From contig MU053994.1 in the NCBI GenBank assembly GCA_013239625.1, positions 1,927,589 to 1,991,588 of the forward strand: a DNA stretch of 64,000 nt. Direction: 5' to 3'. The stretch is from Lama guanicoe. Lineage: Eukaryota. Below the pieces are notes generated by a model. It did not search any database. It had not been told where the DNA came from and was given only the letters and a program-made list of their open reading frames with translations. Below, in pieces: positions 63,246 to 64,000 of the stretch (position 1 is the first letter of the stretch; each line of letters begins with the position of its first letter). A program made the translations under genes and the position numbers.

Positions 63246-63344
63246 CCCGTGGTGAAGAAGGGATGGGCCCCTTGACACTTATCTGAGGTCTTTGGCCTGC
63301 CCAGTCCCCAGACCAGTGCCATCTTGGTGTTTTGGGAACATTAG

Positions 63345-63615
63345 CCTCTGTCAGGATGGGCTTAGCCAGTCTGACTTGTGTCCTTATAAGAAGAGGAAAT
63401 GTGGACACACAGAGGGACGACCCCAGGGATGTGAGCACAGGGGGCAGACCATGTGAGGACACCGTGAGAAAGCAGCCGTCTGCAAGCCAAGGAGAGAGGC
63501 CTCAGGAGAAACCAGCCCTCTGACACCTTGATCTTGGCCTTCCAGCTTCCAGAACCACGAGAAAATAAATGTCTGTGGTTTAAGCCACCCGGTTGGTGGT
63601 ATTTTGTTTGGCCGC
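63345..63615 (+). mobile_element. MLT1A/B-like LTR fragment
   Basis: GTGTCCTTATAAGAAGAGGAAA, CTGCAAGCCAAGGAGAGAGGCCTCAG, CCAGCTTCCAGAAC...AATAAATGTCTG. Confidence 0.88.
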
Positions 63616-64000
63616 GTGATGTGACGCTCCTCCAGGTAATTCCCACACTGACATTTTGGTATCTATCACTGTCTAGTGAGTTTGGTGAAGAGTCTCCTGC
63701 CCAGCTGCTTTGAGGGTTTGATTAATGTGACGTAAGTTCACAGAATGGGCAGAGGAACAGGGAACCCAGTTCTGACCCTGCAGTGACGAGGCATGGGCTG
63801 TGCCCCCCGCGGAGCCCAGCCAGGTGCAGCCAAGGTGTGTGGCGGCCCAGAGAGGGCAGCCAGTCAGCGCCCGCCTGTCCTCGCCTCACCCACCACTCCC
63901 GCGTCCAGGAAGGAGCGGCCAGCCTCAGCCGGGCCTTGGCCGGGATCCCATGAGCCTGGTGGAGAGACGCTGAAGGGACAGATAAAGGACGTGGGTCTGA

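Overview
Mammalian, GC-rich, apparently non-coding DNA (intergenic or deep intronic). I find no credible protein-coding exon, rRNA, genuine tRNA or CRISPR array. The long ORFs in the track come from microsatellites, low-complexity sequence or repeats. The window holds many ancient eutherian repeats recognised by eye (MIR, L2, L1M 3' ends, MLT1/MaLR and LTR16/LTR33 solo LTRs, MER3/MER33/MER20/MER5). It also has about 7 copies of a young tRNA-Ala-derived SINE that resembles the camelid vic-1 type. I saw no Alu, B1/B2, Bov-tA, PRE-1 or CanSINE, so the host is probably a camel, alpaca or llama (inference). Between the repeats lie unique blocks rich in transcription-factor motifs that look like enhancers or conserved non-coding elements, as in a regulatory desert; I cannot name the locus. 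There is one 128-N assembly gap. The most notable structures read directly from sequence: (1) a 106-bp, 96%-identical inverted copy of unique sequence inserted into an L2 about 1 kb from its source; (2) an older ~73-bp ungapped direct duplication 1720 bp apart; (3) a 16/17-bp stem hairpin in unique sequence; (4) a 16-bp minisatellite with phased TGACCTTG nuclear-receptor sites; (5) a patch of apparent AT-to-GC-biased substitution beside an AP-1/E-box/MEF2 cluster. I see no evidence for a new gene system. Repeat subfamily names and boundaries are approximate and rest on remembered consensus motifs, not a database search.
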